DNA of 64,000 nucleotides from Takakia lepidozioides (taxonomy: Eukaryota > Plantae > Bryophyta). Where the stretch lies: contig CM060731.1 in assembly GCA_030704615.1 (NCBI GenBank), forward strand, positions 31,124,001 to 31,188,000, read 5' to 3'. The position numbers and the translations under genes are program-made. The notes beneath the pieces were generated by a model. That model was given only the letters and a program-made list of their open reading frames with translations. It made no database searches and was not told the origin of the DNA. This document shows, one piece after another, positions 24,060 through 36,628 of this stretch. How positions within the stretch are numbered: the stretch's first letter is position 1; each line of letters opens with the position of its first letter.

Positions 24060-27000
24060 TCAGAAAGATTATATGAAGTTTGTCACCTAGCTTTAGACAT
24101 ATTAATGCAATATGGGACAATATTCCGGAAGACCATCAAACTATCGAAAACTTGACAACAAAGCTCTTGAAGGAGGTGACTCTCAACATGATGCCAAGGA
24201 ACATTGGCGAAGACTCCAACACGGAAAAAAAAAAAATTTTAAATTTTAAAAAAAAAATGATGATGAACCGTGATCAGTAGAGATCTGAGGGAAATAGAGC
24301 TGTCAATCATGAGTATTCATGATAGTACATCCCCACGACATGAAGACAGAGATGGTGAATATTTTGTCTCTTGTATCTAGAGGCTGAAGTGATTGAGGCC
24401 GAGGCACCAACATCACTTGAAAAAAGATCATACCCTTCACCGAGTGAGCAAGAAGGTAAAATTGAGACTATTTCTATCACACCATCTTTTGAGCGTTCCT
24501 GAAGAGAGATGAAGCTGCCTCTCAAGAAGAGAGATGAAGCCTCCAAGCAGATATGGTGGGTGGTTGGAATCAGGGCCTAATAGTGGGTGGAGGGTTACCA
24601 AAGCCAAAGAAAGTGGACAATCAAATGCATACCTAGCAAATGCATCAAAGACACCTCAAGAACCCAAGAGCTATTTGGATGCAAAAAGAAGGCTACAATG
24701 GGAGGAAGCGATGGACGAAAAATACAAGTCCCTCATAAAAAGTAGAACTTGGATTCTAGGTATGTTGTCTGTTGGCAGAAAGTGCATCAAGTGCAAGTGG
24801 GTGTTTAAAGTGAAGAAAAGATTAAATGGAGACTCGGTGGAGCGCTATAAGGCATGTCTGGTTGCCAAAAGTTATTCACAACAACCAGATATAGACTACG
24901 ATGAAACTTTTCACCGGTAGATTCCAGTCACACAATCTTTGCACTTGCAATAGAGTTGAACATGGAGATCACCCAATTTGATATTATAACTACGTCGTTT
25001 TTGCATGGAGATCTTAAAGAAGATTTTTTTATGGCGCAACCAAAGGGTATGCTCAAAACTGGTCAAGAGGATATGGTATGTGTGCATGACTTGCAGCCTC
25101 ACAAGACGGATCCATGTGTGTATCATACTGTGGGAGAACTCATGATCATCATTGCAATCTTTATTGATGATGGTATTTTATATAGTTCAAAGAAAGACAA
25201 AGAGGTGGAAATACTCAACCCTCTTGAAAAGGAGTTTGAAGTGACAAAAAAAAACGTACATTGTTAAAATTTACTTTTAGACAATATAGGGTTATGAAAC
25301 TAATTGACTATATAGGTTTTGCTATGAGTAACTGTAATGGTTCTAAATTCATGACACCATGCTTTTTTAAGATATAGTTCGCATGAAATCTCTAGAAGAT
25401 ACGATGTTGTCTCAAAATTTGAAGATGATGAAGTTTTGCATGATCATTCATTTTTGTCATATTTTTATTGAGCCTCCATGTTTTCAGCAAACATATAATA
25501 GACCAATCAAATTCTGAGAGGGCTTACCTTGGGCATTGCAATATGCATTCTTCACATTGCTTCCATGGAGGCATCCATTCATCGGGTTGACAATATGGTA
25601 GTCCATATGTGCTTCGTTGGGTTTCAGGAGTGTGGGAAGGAGAATTGTTCCTAAAAGGTGGATGCCATTCATCGGGGTGGTGGATTGGACCCTTGCCCCT
25701 TCTTGAATGCCACTCAACACGTCTACATCTTTCAGAAACTTCATTTTCAGGGGTGTCAACTCTAAATGGAGGTAACCATTCGTCCTGACACTTATATGTG
25801 CCTCTTCTTCTTTGTGGATGCCACATGGGCTCTTGGGTTTGAAGACAATAATGACATTTAAGGGTAGGATGGAAATCAGGTTCTGTAGTCTCTGCAGATT
25901 TACGGCCTTGGAAAATTCGAATCTGTGGCTTCCACTCAATTTCGAGGCTAGCAGAGTGATGATCAAAACACCAGATGCAAGGCCTCCATGTCTCTTTACA
26001 ACTGGCAGAGCCATGATCAAGAAACCTCATACATGGCCTCCATTTCTCACTCAATGCGCCACTACTAGCATTTTGGTACTTGTGGTGTGCTTTCCAAGGC
26101 TGCTGGTTGTGCAAAATTCAGCACACACCACATGCAAAGCAAAATATGAGAACTTTACCAAAACCACATATTGATGACAAATTTCAGTTTTTAAAGACAT
26201 AAACTTGTCTCTTGTACAGGTTTCTTACAATGGTAAAGCAAATTTCTAAGTGTCTCAAGCACATTACAAGCCATAGCTTCTTTTATATACAAAAATGATA
26301 ACACACGGAGCGCAATGGGTGCTATAATAATTTTCAAGATGGTCACAACGATGGTTACCATTGGCAATGAATATCACAATGCATCCACCTTCCAGGCTTC
26401 ATGTAGGGCTACAAATTCTGAGAGACAGAGTCAACCGAATGATATATATCAACCAGCCTAGAAATATCACAGACATAATCAAGAGGTTTGGGCTTAAGAA
26501 TGCTCATCCAGTTTCCACCCCAACAGACCTTGTGAGGCTCAATCAATTAGGTGTTGGGAGCCAAGAGGCGATGAAGCTTGAGGGAGCTCCATACAAAGAC
26601 GCAGTTGGTTGCTTGATGTTTGCGATGATTGGAAGTCGTCCTAACATTGCATATTCTGTGAGTGTTGTAGCGAAGTTCTGTGATAATCGACCAAAAGCGA
26701 TCGCATTGGGTGGCAATCAAGCGGATTTTCAAATACCTAAAGTGTACCAATCATTATACACTTTGTTATGGTGGGAGCGAGCAACGAGGTCAACTCGAAG
26801 GGTACTGTGATGCCGACTTTGCTAGTGATCTGGGTAATAGGAGATCAAGGAGTGGCTATGCTTTTCTCCCCAATCAGGGACCTATGGCGTGGAATAGTCA
26901 ACGTCAAGTTGCACGTCTAGGTCTACAACAAAGGCTGAGTATATTGCAGCTTGTGTAGCATCGAAGGAGGCAATATGGCTACGAAGGATGTTGACTAACA

Positions 27001-27293
27001 TAAGGTTTAAGCAATCTAACCCAACGATCTTGCAAAGTTGTGACAATCAGAATTGCATTCGCTTTGTACACAATACAAAATTTCATAAGAGCACCAAACA
27101 TATAGATGTGCAATACCATTTCATTCGGGAGCAACAAGATGCTAAGGAGATAGACATGTCGTATGTGAGTACAAACATCCAAATTACAGACATATTTACA
27201 AAGACTCTTGTTGAAATCGATCGATTTAGAGAAATGATGGGGTCGTGCCATTGTCTACTTAGTGATCATGAAATGTTCGATGAGTGGGAGTAA
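24060..27293 (+). mobile_element. Degraded Ty1/copia LTR retrotransposon (gag, RT and RNase H remnants), interrupted by an insert at ~25265-26398
   Basis: gag-like SPSFRHINAIWDNIP..TIENLTTKLLKE; RT CKWVFKVK..RYKACLVAKSYSQ..IDYDETF, FLHGDLKED, IFIDDG; PYKDAVGCLMF, RPNIAYSV, GYCDADFA; RNase H CDNQ, TKHIDVQYHFIRE, DIFTK; PPT-like GAGTGGGAG at ~27282. Many frameshifts. Confidence 0.9.
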
Positions 27294-27325
27294 TGGAAGC
27301 AACATCTCGATGCAAGCAAGGTAAT

Positions 27326-28350
27326 TTGTTTGTTTGTTTGTTTGTTTGTTTTGTAGAGTTGAGATCTCCCAAACCGCGGGCCCAGCCTTGGTGCTTGGAA
27401 TTGGTACCGTTGAAAAGCGCTCTATGAAGAGGGGCGCACTTGGTTTTCCCAGATTTTTGGACATGCAATGTGGGAGATATGGAATTTCAAGTATGTTCCA
27501 TCATTGGAAATTCGTAAAGAGGGCTTTCCTGGAACAATGATTGGCCCTTCATTTGTCTTTTGTGCATGTGGACGTAAATGTAAATTTGGCTTCTTTTAAA
27601 AGTTGGCGTTCACATTATTGTTTGTAGTGTTGTTGAGATCTCCCAACTTGCGGGGCTTTGACCACAATTTTAGTACCCTTGGAAAGCCCTTGATGAGTAG
27701 GGGTGCATTGACTTGCTAGGGGCAGAGACTTATGGAATTATAGATAATTTTGGTCGCTGAAAATTCAACTAAATTACAAAATCAAGGGTTGGAAGGACAC
27801 TGGAGGTTACACTTGGGCTTAAATAGAGGCCATGATTTTGGCACCGTTGGAAAGCCCTCGATGAGTCAGGTGCACTGTTTTTTGTTTTTGTTTGTTTTTT
27901 CACCAACTTGGTTTCAGTGGACCTACAGGCCGAAAATTATAGAGATATGAACAATTTCAGTCGCTGAAAATTCAACTAAATTACAAAATTAAGTGTTGGA
28001 ATGACATTGGAGGTCGCACTTGGGCCTCGAAGCACTTGGATACATAGGAGATTGCACTTGGGCTTATATGGGTCTTAACATCGGAGACGCACTTGGATAC
28101 ATAGGAAATTGCACTTGGTCTTAGATTTCAATTCTTCACACATGGGCCAACGGCGCAGGCACTAGGTCTCATAAATTTTGGACCTGGTGTGGGAGATTGG
28201 AATTTCAAGTACTTTTGGTTGCTGGAAATTCATGAAAAATAGCAAAGTGGGCTTTCTTGGAACAATGACGTGGAGATCTCCCAACCTACAGGGTCTCTAC
28301 ATAGGGGATTGCACTTGGACTTAGATGACACTGGACACTTGGGCCATTGG
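27326..28350. repeat. (GTTT)n followed by a complex interspersed repeat built of recurring modules
   Basis: Recurring gagatctcccaa (three times), ttggaaagccct, gtcgctgaaaattcaactaaattacaaaat (~27753 and ~27960), and gcacttggatacatagga/ttgcacttgg. Confidence 0.7.
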
Positions 28351-29154
28351 CCCAGGCTACCCCAGTTCTTGATGAACGCAGACTCTGACTAATGGTGTAC
28401 AATGTGCATGCTTGACAAACATTTGTGTTTTCACTCCCATGACGACCATCTACACTAGCTAGCTGTAACAGTGAAGTAGAAGCTTAACTTAGTAGCAGAT
28501 AGAGTATTCTAGTCCCATTTTTTGCTACGGCAATTTTGTTCTGTATTTCGCATCCTACTAAATTTCTTTTCTATATATGAGTGAGATCTGATTGCTATCC
28601 TCACAAATCTGGATGTCCGTGAGTTACTTGCATACAGGATTGTCAATAAAGTTTTATTGCTTTGTAAGATTGAATTTCAGAGTAGATAGATGACGCTTTT
28701 CAATAGAAAAGCCCAATCAACGATGTAGTTGCTAGCTCTAGACACCGTAAGCTCTTACATAAGAGGAGAAAAATGTTCTACAGTCAAAAGGGTTGGCAGG
28801 TAAGTATTTCCCAGTAGCAAGTCAAGTGCATGCATTAGCTACCTCTCAAAACAGAGATTTATTCCTACAGCTTCACATATAGAGAAGGTAACCTTGGCTT
28901 TATCAGCAGATTTACATCCTTGCTACACAACTGTACAAAGAGATCCTGCTCTACAAGGATTGATTTTTATCTCTAGTGGGGTTTTGAACAGATTCCAGTG
29001 GTAGGAGCATCCCAGGATTTAAGCAGCACTGTGATTGAACCCAAAGTTCTGCATGAAGCAGTATAAATTTTCAAGGCCCACACCCCAACCTGAGGGAATG
29101 CAGCTGGTGTTGGGAATTGTTCACTTTGCCTTTCAGTTTCCAGCAGTAGAATAA

Positions 29155-31672
29155 TCAACTCCGGTGAAGATGTTTGACAATTCCAGCCGTGTATCGACCC
29201 TGATGCTCAGCAAGAGCTAGCTCGGTGTCAGTGGGTTGCCGTGTCCCATCTCCAGCGAATGTTCCAGCACCATATGGTGAGCCTCCCCGAATCTCATCAA
29301 GTTTGAACATTTCGGAACCAAAAGTGTATCCAATTGGCACATAGAGCATCCCATGGTGCGCTAGTTGAGTAATGGCCGTCCACCTGAACACGCCATGGAC
29401 AGAAAAAGGAAAAGAAACTCAGATGTGGTATCAACAACCTTGTTCCTATAATGCAGAGGTGGATCTAAAAACAACATAGCACTGGACAAAGGGAGTTCAA
29501 CTCACGCTGTCGTCTCCTGTCCACCCCCTTGTGTGCCAGTGCTGACAAAGATTCCAGCTGGCTTGCCAGCTAAGCCCTGTTCCTGCCAAAGTTTTCCAGT
29601 AGTATCAAAAAAGGCCTTCATTTGTGCTGCCATTGCCCCATAGCGTGTGGGAAATCCAAAAATCAGGCCATCAGCTGCTGGCAACTCAGCCGCTGATATG
29701 ACAGGAATGGATTCATCCTTAGGTGCACCACTCATTTTGGTCAATACATCCTGTGACAGTGTTTCTGGCACTTGATACAAAACACCTTCCACCCCTTCCA
29801 CAGAGTCTACGCCTTCCTTCACTTTTCTGGCCAATGACAGCACATGGCCATACATTGAGTAGTACCTGCATCACCTTTGTGTGTCAGGGAACAGACAGAC
29901 AGATGTACATCAGACATTACTTGACATAGCAGGATGTACACAGGATAAGAGGAAACAAAAAATAATAATACACAGGGGAAGGAGAACAAAACAAAAATGA
30001 CTTGTCCCCAGGAGGCCCAGAGGCCTATTTGGGATTGTGGCCTGCAGTATACCATCCTCCTAGAGGGGCTTGTGTGAAGGGCTTTTTAGAGGATATCTGT
30101 CAAGCCTGAACCAATTGTTTATACCAAGGTAAATCCCACTACTGGAGTGAGCCCCTCACAAAGGTAGTGTCCATGGCCCAAGGTTACGGCAAACAACATC
30201 TCATGTGTACAATCTCTCTCCGTGTGTCTCCTGAAGTGCTTGGCAGCCTACATGCATGAGGCTCTTTGGGCGTTGTTGATGTTTTGTTAACTTTTCCTGT
30301 TTTTCTACTTTGTACCTTTGACCCTTGCAGCCCTGTGGCCATTATAAAGCTCCTTTCTTCCATTCATCAGTTCATTTCATTTTCTTTATTTACTGATGGA
30401 TTCACTTTCGATAGCACAACAAGCCTATTTTGTTGGATGTGGAACAATGAGTCTGTCAAGTGGTACCCCTACTTGCCAGAGTGCATTGCCAAGAGATTTT
30501 TGTCCCACAGCCTCTCACCCCATGTAAAGCAAGGGCACCCACAATACAAACTCCTGAGTCCATCAATTGTGGCAGGCTGAGGTCAGAGTTGCTCCACATA
30601 ACCATGTTGTTTCGTGGATGGATGCTCCAGCAAACAATGGCGACCTGTGCTTCAAATTTTAATTCCTGTGACTAACTGGTGTCAGATTTGTCTCTCACCG
30701 GGGCTAGGCCATATGGGAACATCCTTATCTCAGAATTGTCCTCCAGCACGGGAAGATATCAACAACCCATCAATAACTGCTTCCTTCAGATAAAACATAG
30801 CTAAGAGCTTACATAGTTGGTCAACTGAAACATGGCAAACAACAAGCACCAAGAAAATAGACAAAGGGTTCACCCAAAGGACCCACAAAGCTCCTGGGCA
30901 AAGGCTTTTGCTGGATGACAAAGGGCAGAAACATGCATTTTGAACCGCCTTTTTGAGCCTTGGACCCTCTATCTATCCAATCCCTCATCAGCGGTAAGAA
31001 TATCAAGAGGATGAACACTTTGGGTTCATGGTCACGATTGCGCTTTAGAGACAAGAGGTTTGTTTTGCGATAGTGAATTCGATACGGGATTGTAGACATA
31101 GTCAACAATTTCATCAATGTAGAAGAGAATTGCTGCTAGAGTTGTACTAGGACACTTTCGCTTGCCCATCGCCGACCATAACCGGTGTACTAGCCTTTTG
31201 CACGTATACTTGCGCAAGAACGAATCTCGGTAAACAGTATGAGCTACAGTTTTCCACAAAACTGCTCAACAAAACGTTGACGAAATTTCACTACAATTTG
31301 GCATTCCAGTTCAGAATCTCACCTCCCTCTAGTCTCTAACCATGAAACTTTCCCCAGGCTACAAAATATGGTACAGAAAAATCAAGAGCAATTGCAAACT
31401 CGTCATACGAAAAATCCAGTCTTTGAAGGTTGGAAGTCCACTTACACGATGAAGATTTTGATCTTCTCACTCAGCACGGACGCAGGCTCCTCGACCGCAG
31501 AAGCGGGAGTCTCAAAAGCCTGGTCTTCCGACTTGGCAGTCTGCTCTCCATCTGCGGCTGGAGGTGGGGCAGCCGGAGCTGTGTCGGCCTTCGGAGCATT
31601 GTCAGGGGATCCCACTGTGACTCTCCGACGGCCTTTGAACGTGCTAGGCACACAACCTGCCCCCTTCCCCAT
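29155..31672 (-). CDS. Flavodoxin-like NAD(P)H:quinone oxidoreductase (FQR1-like / WrbA family, long N-terminal type); exons 31672-31446, 29865-29506, 29383-29155
   Basis: MGKGAGCVPS start, [83 protein letters not shown]. Both introns are GT-AG, phase 2. Confidence 0.93.
30066..30212 (+). mobile_element. Old LINE 3'-end fragment in FQR-like intron 1
   Basis: gcttgtgtgaagggctttttagaggatatctg…cggcaaacaacatctcatgtgtacaa followed by tctctctc. Confidence 0.8.
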
Positions 31673-32164
31673 CTCTCCCTCTCCCTCTCCCTCTCCACAC
31701 TCTCTCTCTCTCTCTCCCCTCTCCTCCCCTCCTCCTTCCTCCGAGCAACCTCTTCCTGCCCGGTCAATAATTGCAAGCCCAAATTAAAGTTAGATTAAGG
31801 AGCAGCCACCTGGCCAGCAGAGAGAGAAGCCCGAGGAAGACTGCAGAAGTGGGCTCCCTCAATCCTCCACTGGACCCACCTCCTCCTCTCTCTCTCGGAC
31901 GAGTCTCACCTTTGTGGGATTCTGCATGCGCACCACATCTGCTCTATCAATAACACCGCCATGCTACACCACCACGCTTCCCCCCTGCAAATACCCCCGC
32001 TCTAATTCCAGCGCACTCCTCGTCTGCACAAACGCTCTGACAAAGCTATTTCCGTCAAGCCTCCTTCCCTCTTTATGCACGCCTTTTTCAGGCCCTCCCC
32101 AAAATTTTCCGGGCTGCGGCCAGCCTCGATATCCACTCTTTTTTCTTGTCTATAACACCTAAGC

Positions 32165-33430
32165 AAGCAAGCGGCTAGTCGCTGTATGGTTCCTCAATGA
32201 AACGTACTTTCATCCATAATAAACTTGAAAATTTATCCATTTATTTCTCATAAGTTGTGCAATATCACCAAAGAGAGGTGTTACCTAGAGAAGGCACATC
32301 AGCAATGAGTTTTCAACAAAGGAGAGGAGGAGACACCCGGGAAAGCACAAGAGGGGCTTAGCGATGTTGACACTCAGGCGTAGTCTCCTCTTTAGAATAA
32401 AGAGGAACCACTAAAAACAAGCGGCTAATCTAATTGCATATGGCTCCTCTTTGTGACTAGTGAAATCCAACTTTCACCCGTACTAAACTTGAGAACACAT
32501 CCATTTATCCTTCAATAAGAGAGATGTTACTTGAGGGAGGTGTTACCTGGAGGAACTGGAAGTAGTTTTCATCAAAGGAGAGGAGGTGACACCCGGGGAA
32601 AGCACAAGAGGGGCTTAGCGATTTTGACACTGATGCTTAGTCTCCTCTTTAGAATAAAGAGGAACCACTAAAAACAAGCGGCTAATCTAATCGCATATAG
32701 CTCCTCTTTGTGACTAGTGAAATCCAACTTTCACCCGCACTAAACTTGAGAACGCATCCATTTATCCTTCAATAAGAGAGATGTTACTTGAGGGAGGTGT
32801 TACCTGGAGGAACTGGAAGTAGTTTTCATCAAAGGAGAGGAGGTGACACCCGGGGAAAGTACAAGAGGGGCTTAGCGATTTTGACACTGATGCTTAGTCT
32901 CCTCTTTAGAATAAAGAGGAACCACTAAAAACAAGCGGCTAATCTAATCGCATATGGCTCCTTTTGTGACTAGTGAAATCCAACTTTCACCCTTACTAAA
33001 CTTGAGAACGCATCCATTTATCCTTCAATAAGAGAGATGTTACTTGAGGGAGGTGTTACCTGGAGGAACTGGGAAGTAGTTTTCATCAAAGGAGAGGAGG
33101 TGACACCCTGGGAAAGCACAAGAGGGGCTTAGCGATTTTGACACTGATGCTTAGTCTCCTCTTTAGAATAAAGAGGAACCACTAAAAACAAGCGGCTAAT
33201 CTAATCGCATATGGCTCCTTTTGTGACTAGTGAAATCCAACTTTCACCCGCATTAAACTTGAGAACGCATCCATTTATCCTTCAATAAGAGATGTTACTT
33301 GAGGGAGGTGTTACCTGGAGGAACTGGAAGTAGTTTTCATCAAAGGAGAGGAGGTGACACCTGGGGAAGGCGCGAGAGGGGCTTAGGAATTTTTTGACAC
33401 TGATGCGTAGTCTTGTAGTCTCCTCTTTAT
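32165..33430. repeat. Tandem array of ~257-bp units, about 4.5-5 copies
   Basis: agaggaacca recurs at ~32401, 32658, 32915 and 33172. Inner copies are nearly identical; flanking copies are degenerate. Confidence 0.95.
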
Positions 33431-34379
33431 TGGTTCTCTTGTTGAGAGAGACTTTGAATGTTGAAGTCAACGAAGAAAATGTGGTCAACGAACCTTACAC
33501 CGTGTCAAGCCAGCGATTGGTGTGTTGTGCTGAGTCATGCTCCCTTACTCTCACCAGCAAGAGAGCCCATCGCCATTTTAGGCTTGTTCTAAAGAGGAGC
33601 CAATAAAATAAATTCCCCCTGTTCATTTAAAAATACATAAATACATAAATACAGAAGTGATAATTAATTAACATTTTTTTTGTTTTTTATAAGCAGGGAA
33701 ATAATTAATAAAGTCTTTTAATTGACAACAGTCGTACACACAGGGCCGGCACTACGACTCATCCGCTCTGAATCTACGACTGCAGTTTCCGTCATGTTTT
33801 CCCGGGTGGGGTGGGCATAAACGGGAGGCAGATGATAGAGTCCGGAGCTCTTCTCTTTCCAACTTCTTTCTGTATCGCAGAGTCGAGGATGGTTTAAGTT
33901 ACAATGTTTGAACACAAACCAGTTCGAAAGACCTGATACAATGCGTGTTATATTTTGCAACTCCTTTCTGTATGGCACAGTCGAGGATGGTTGATACAAT
34001 GTTTGAAAGCCCTTCAATGTCCTGAAAATCCCGATAGCATCTAAGGAGCATCTCACTTGTGTAACCAAAATTTTCCTGGGCCTTGAGAAAGTCTTCTGCA
34101 GACCTGTCCGTTTGTTTTTGTAAGTTGGTTTTAGTGTTTTTGCTGTTTTCTGTCGGTGGCGGCTCTGTGCTCACAGCGGTAGAGAAATAAGTTCAAATAC
34201 AAGGGGGTACAGGATTCCGTGGCCAGCAAGACATTCCAGTTATATTTCGATGCCTGCGGGGAGAAGGTTGCAGGAGGGCTCCACAGCCTGGATATTGTCT
34301 CATTCGGAAAGCATGGGGTTTTGGTGAGCCTTTCTCCCTTGCTTGGTGGGCCCGGGTCTTCTACTATTGGAGAGAGTGG

Positions 34380-34965
34380 TTTGTTTTATCACTCTTCCGC
34401 AATGTGCACTTGGCGTGTTTCTGTACGGTTTGGTTTAAAAGCTGATCTGTCGACGTAGTTTTCATGGTAGTCATGATCAGCCCGGCACCTGACGATTGTG
34501 TAGTGGACGCGGAGCTCCTTTAAGAGGATCACACCCACATGGACATGATTCTGATCTCTCACGGACCAGATTTGCTTCAAGGACGTTCAAACACGCCACC
34601 ATTGCCTATAATGAAGTCAACGGCCCCGTGTGTGCACTATAGATGGGTAGAGAGATCAGAGATAAAGGAGAAAAAGAGCTTACGGGGTGAAAACAATCAG
34701 CTGGCATGTACAAGAAGAAAGTGGGGCCCTCAATGACGCCGAGAACTACGAATGAACTTGATGGATTCCCAACCAATGGTGCCCAGTTCCGAGCATCTAT
34801 AGTCCTGTAGTCGAAGGGATTCTCTGAACAAAACGTAGTACCGGACCCGAGAATTTCGTCATAAGGACAATGGAAAAAAAGATGCTCTCCGGTCTCAATG
34901 TGAGTCCAGTGTGAGTCCTGCCTGCCTTCGCTAGCACAAGAGACTGAGTGCAACCAGGGGTTCAA
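34380..34965 (-). mobile_element. L1-type LINE C-terminal (zf-RVT-like) relic
   Basis: ETGEHLFFHCPY zinc-knuckle-like motif, with a downstream KQIWSVR (IW..RN-like) segment in another frame. Confidence 0.5.
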
Positions 34966-35917
34966 GGGTATAAATATGTATATACTTATGCAAATTATAC
35001 AATTGCAGCAGTGAGAGCCGTGAAAGTTCTACTGATCAAATTATGTGCATGCTGATGCAGCTTCAGCCTTACTCGGACGTGAAGACAAAGATGAGACAAG
35101 GATCACTTGACTTTATTTTCGCGTATATTGTATCTACGATGAGGTTTTTGTTTACCATTCAAGCCCCTGATATAGCCCGAGAAATTTAAGTCTCTCTCCA
35201 TTCTTCCACAGGAATTAATATGCGGATGATCGTAATGGTTCAGAGCACAAGGACGCAACTAGACCATAAATTAGGAGCACAATTATTTCCATCGCCACTT
35301 ACAATGAAGATCTTCTCATATCCAATCCATCTATTGGGCGAAAAAAACAGGCCGAGATCGCAAAGTCTTCTTCCTGCACAAAAAACGACACGATCAATCC
35401 TCTGTCTGCTCTCATCAGGAGGTCTACATAGAAAATGTCTCTTGCTCCTTCTAGATCATATTCAACGTGATTGTGGATGGGACCAGAAAGAGAACAGTAC
35501 CGTGTTCAACTTAGTAGCCCCAGAACGAGGTAATAATACCCGTACGTAGCACTTAGTAACAAATCATCGAGCTTCAGATGGCAAAGAATCCAGCAAGTTT
35601 TCTATCTAGCTCAGGTACTCTCGGATGCACATACGTGCTTTCCGTCACCTTGACTAATTATGGTACACATGTTTGGTCCAATTGAGGGTAAGGAAAAGAA
35701 AGGCGCCGGGAGAGTGTTGAAAGAAGGATCGCGCAGTTCTCTCCAATTACGCTGGTCGGTTCACGAAGCAAAACATAAAAGACGAATAACCGATTCCCCG
35801 AAGGTTCAAGAGAGATGTTCCCATTTGCTGCATTGGGCTCTCTACTCTAATTTTCAGGTCACAAACGGAAAGCTGAATCCAGAGGGCAAGAGAGAGAGCG
35901 ACTAACCTGTGAAAAGG

Positions 35918-36307
35918 TTAAACCGGGCCTCTGGCACAGTGCGTGATGGCCTGGCAGCCCCTTGTATAAGGATTCACAGGAGTGCCGCTACCGCAGCCTG
36001 CATTATAGTACGAGAAGCCTGACCCAGCTGGGCATGGAACACGGTTAGCAGAGAGAGACCCGTAGCTTATGAAGTAGCCTGAAGAACCATCCAGCATCCT
36101 CCGCACGATCTCGTCCGATCGCAACATCTCCTCCCCTATCCCTACAAGTTCAGACGAAACATCACTCGAGCTTGCAACCTTTGTGAACACGGAAGTCACT
36201 CCGTCCAGCTGAATCTTCGCAGTTGCAGTGCCTTCCAGTACGAAAAGCGAGATGATCAACACACCAAAGCAGAAAAGAGGAGGCGATCGTCTTCCCAGAC
36301 AACCCAT
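35918..36307 (-). CDS. RALF: RALF-like secreted cysteine-rich peptide precursor
   Basis: Signal peptide, RRML dibasic S1P site, YFISYGSL (YISY-like), CPAGSGFSYYNAGC and NPYTRGCQAITHC with four conserved Cys. ATG at 36307. Confidence 0.93.
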   Translation of the reverse strand: MGCLGRRSPPLFCFGVLIISLFVLEGTATAKIQLDGVTSVFTKVASSSDVSSELVGIGEEMLRSDEIVRRMLDGSSGYFISYGSLSANRVPCPAGSGFSYYNAGCGSGTPVNPYTRGCQAITHCARGPV

Positions 36308-36628
36308 TCTCACAAACCACCCTTTAGCAGACTCAAGATAAACAAGCCTGGAGATTTATCTAAGGAGATTTTTAGTACACCTCCCACAGAACTGAGAACT
36401 TAGAAGGAAGGGGGAGGGAGCCTTGCCTGCAAGACAAACAACAAGGTACAAAGGTGTGTATCCTGGCGCCTGCTGGGCCGGCTGCCAGCTCGCAAGCATG
36501 ATCACTACTACTTATAGTTTAAGCCTCAATTGATTTTACGTATTTAAAAACAATTCAGGCTTTATGCGGTGAGCAAGATTTGAACCCTGGATCCGAAGGC
36601 TGAGAGCAAGCTTGGGGGCTTGGAGGGC

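Noticed and set aside
32165-33430. CRISPR-like array
   Set aside because: Whole 257-bp units repeat with no unique spacers, and the context is eukaryotic.
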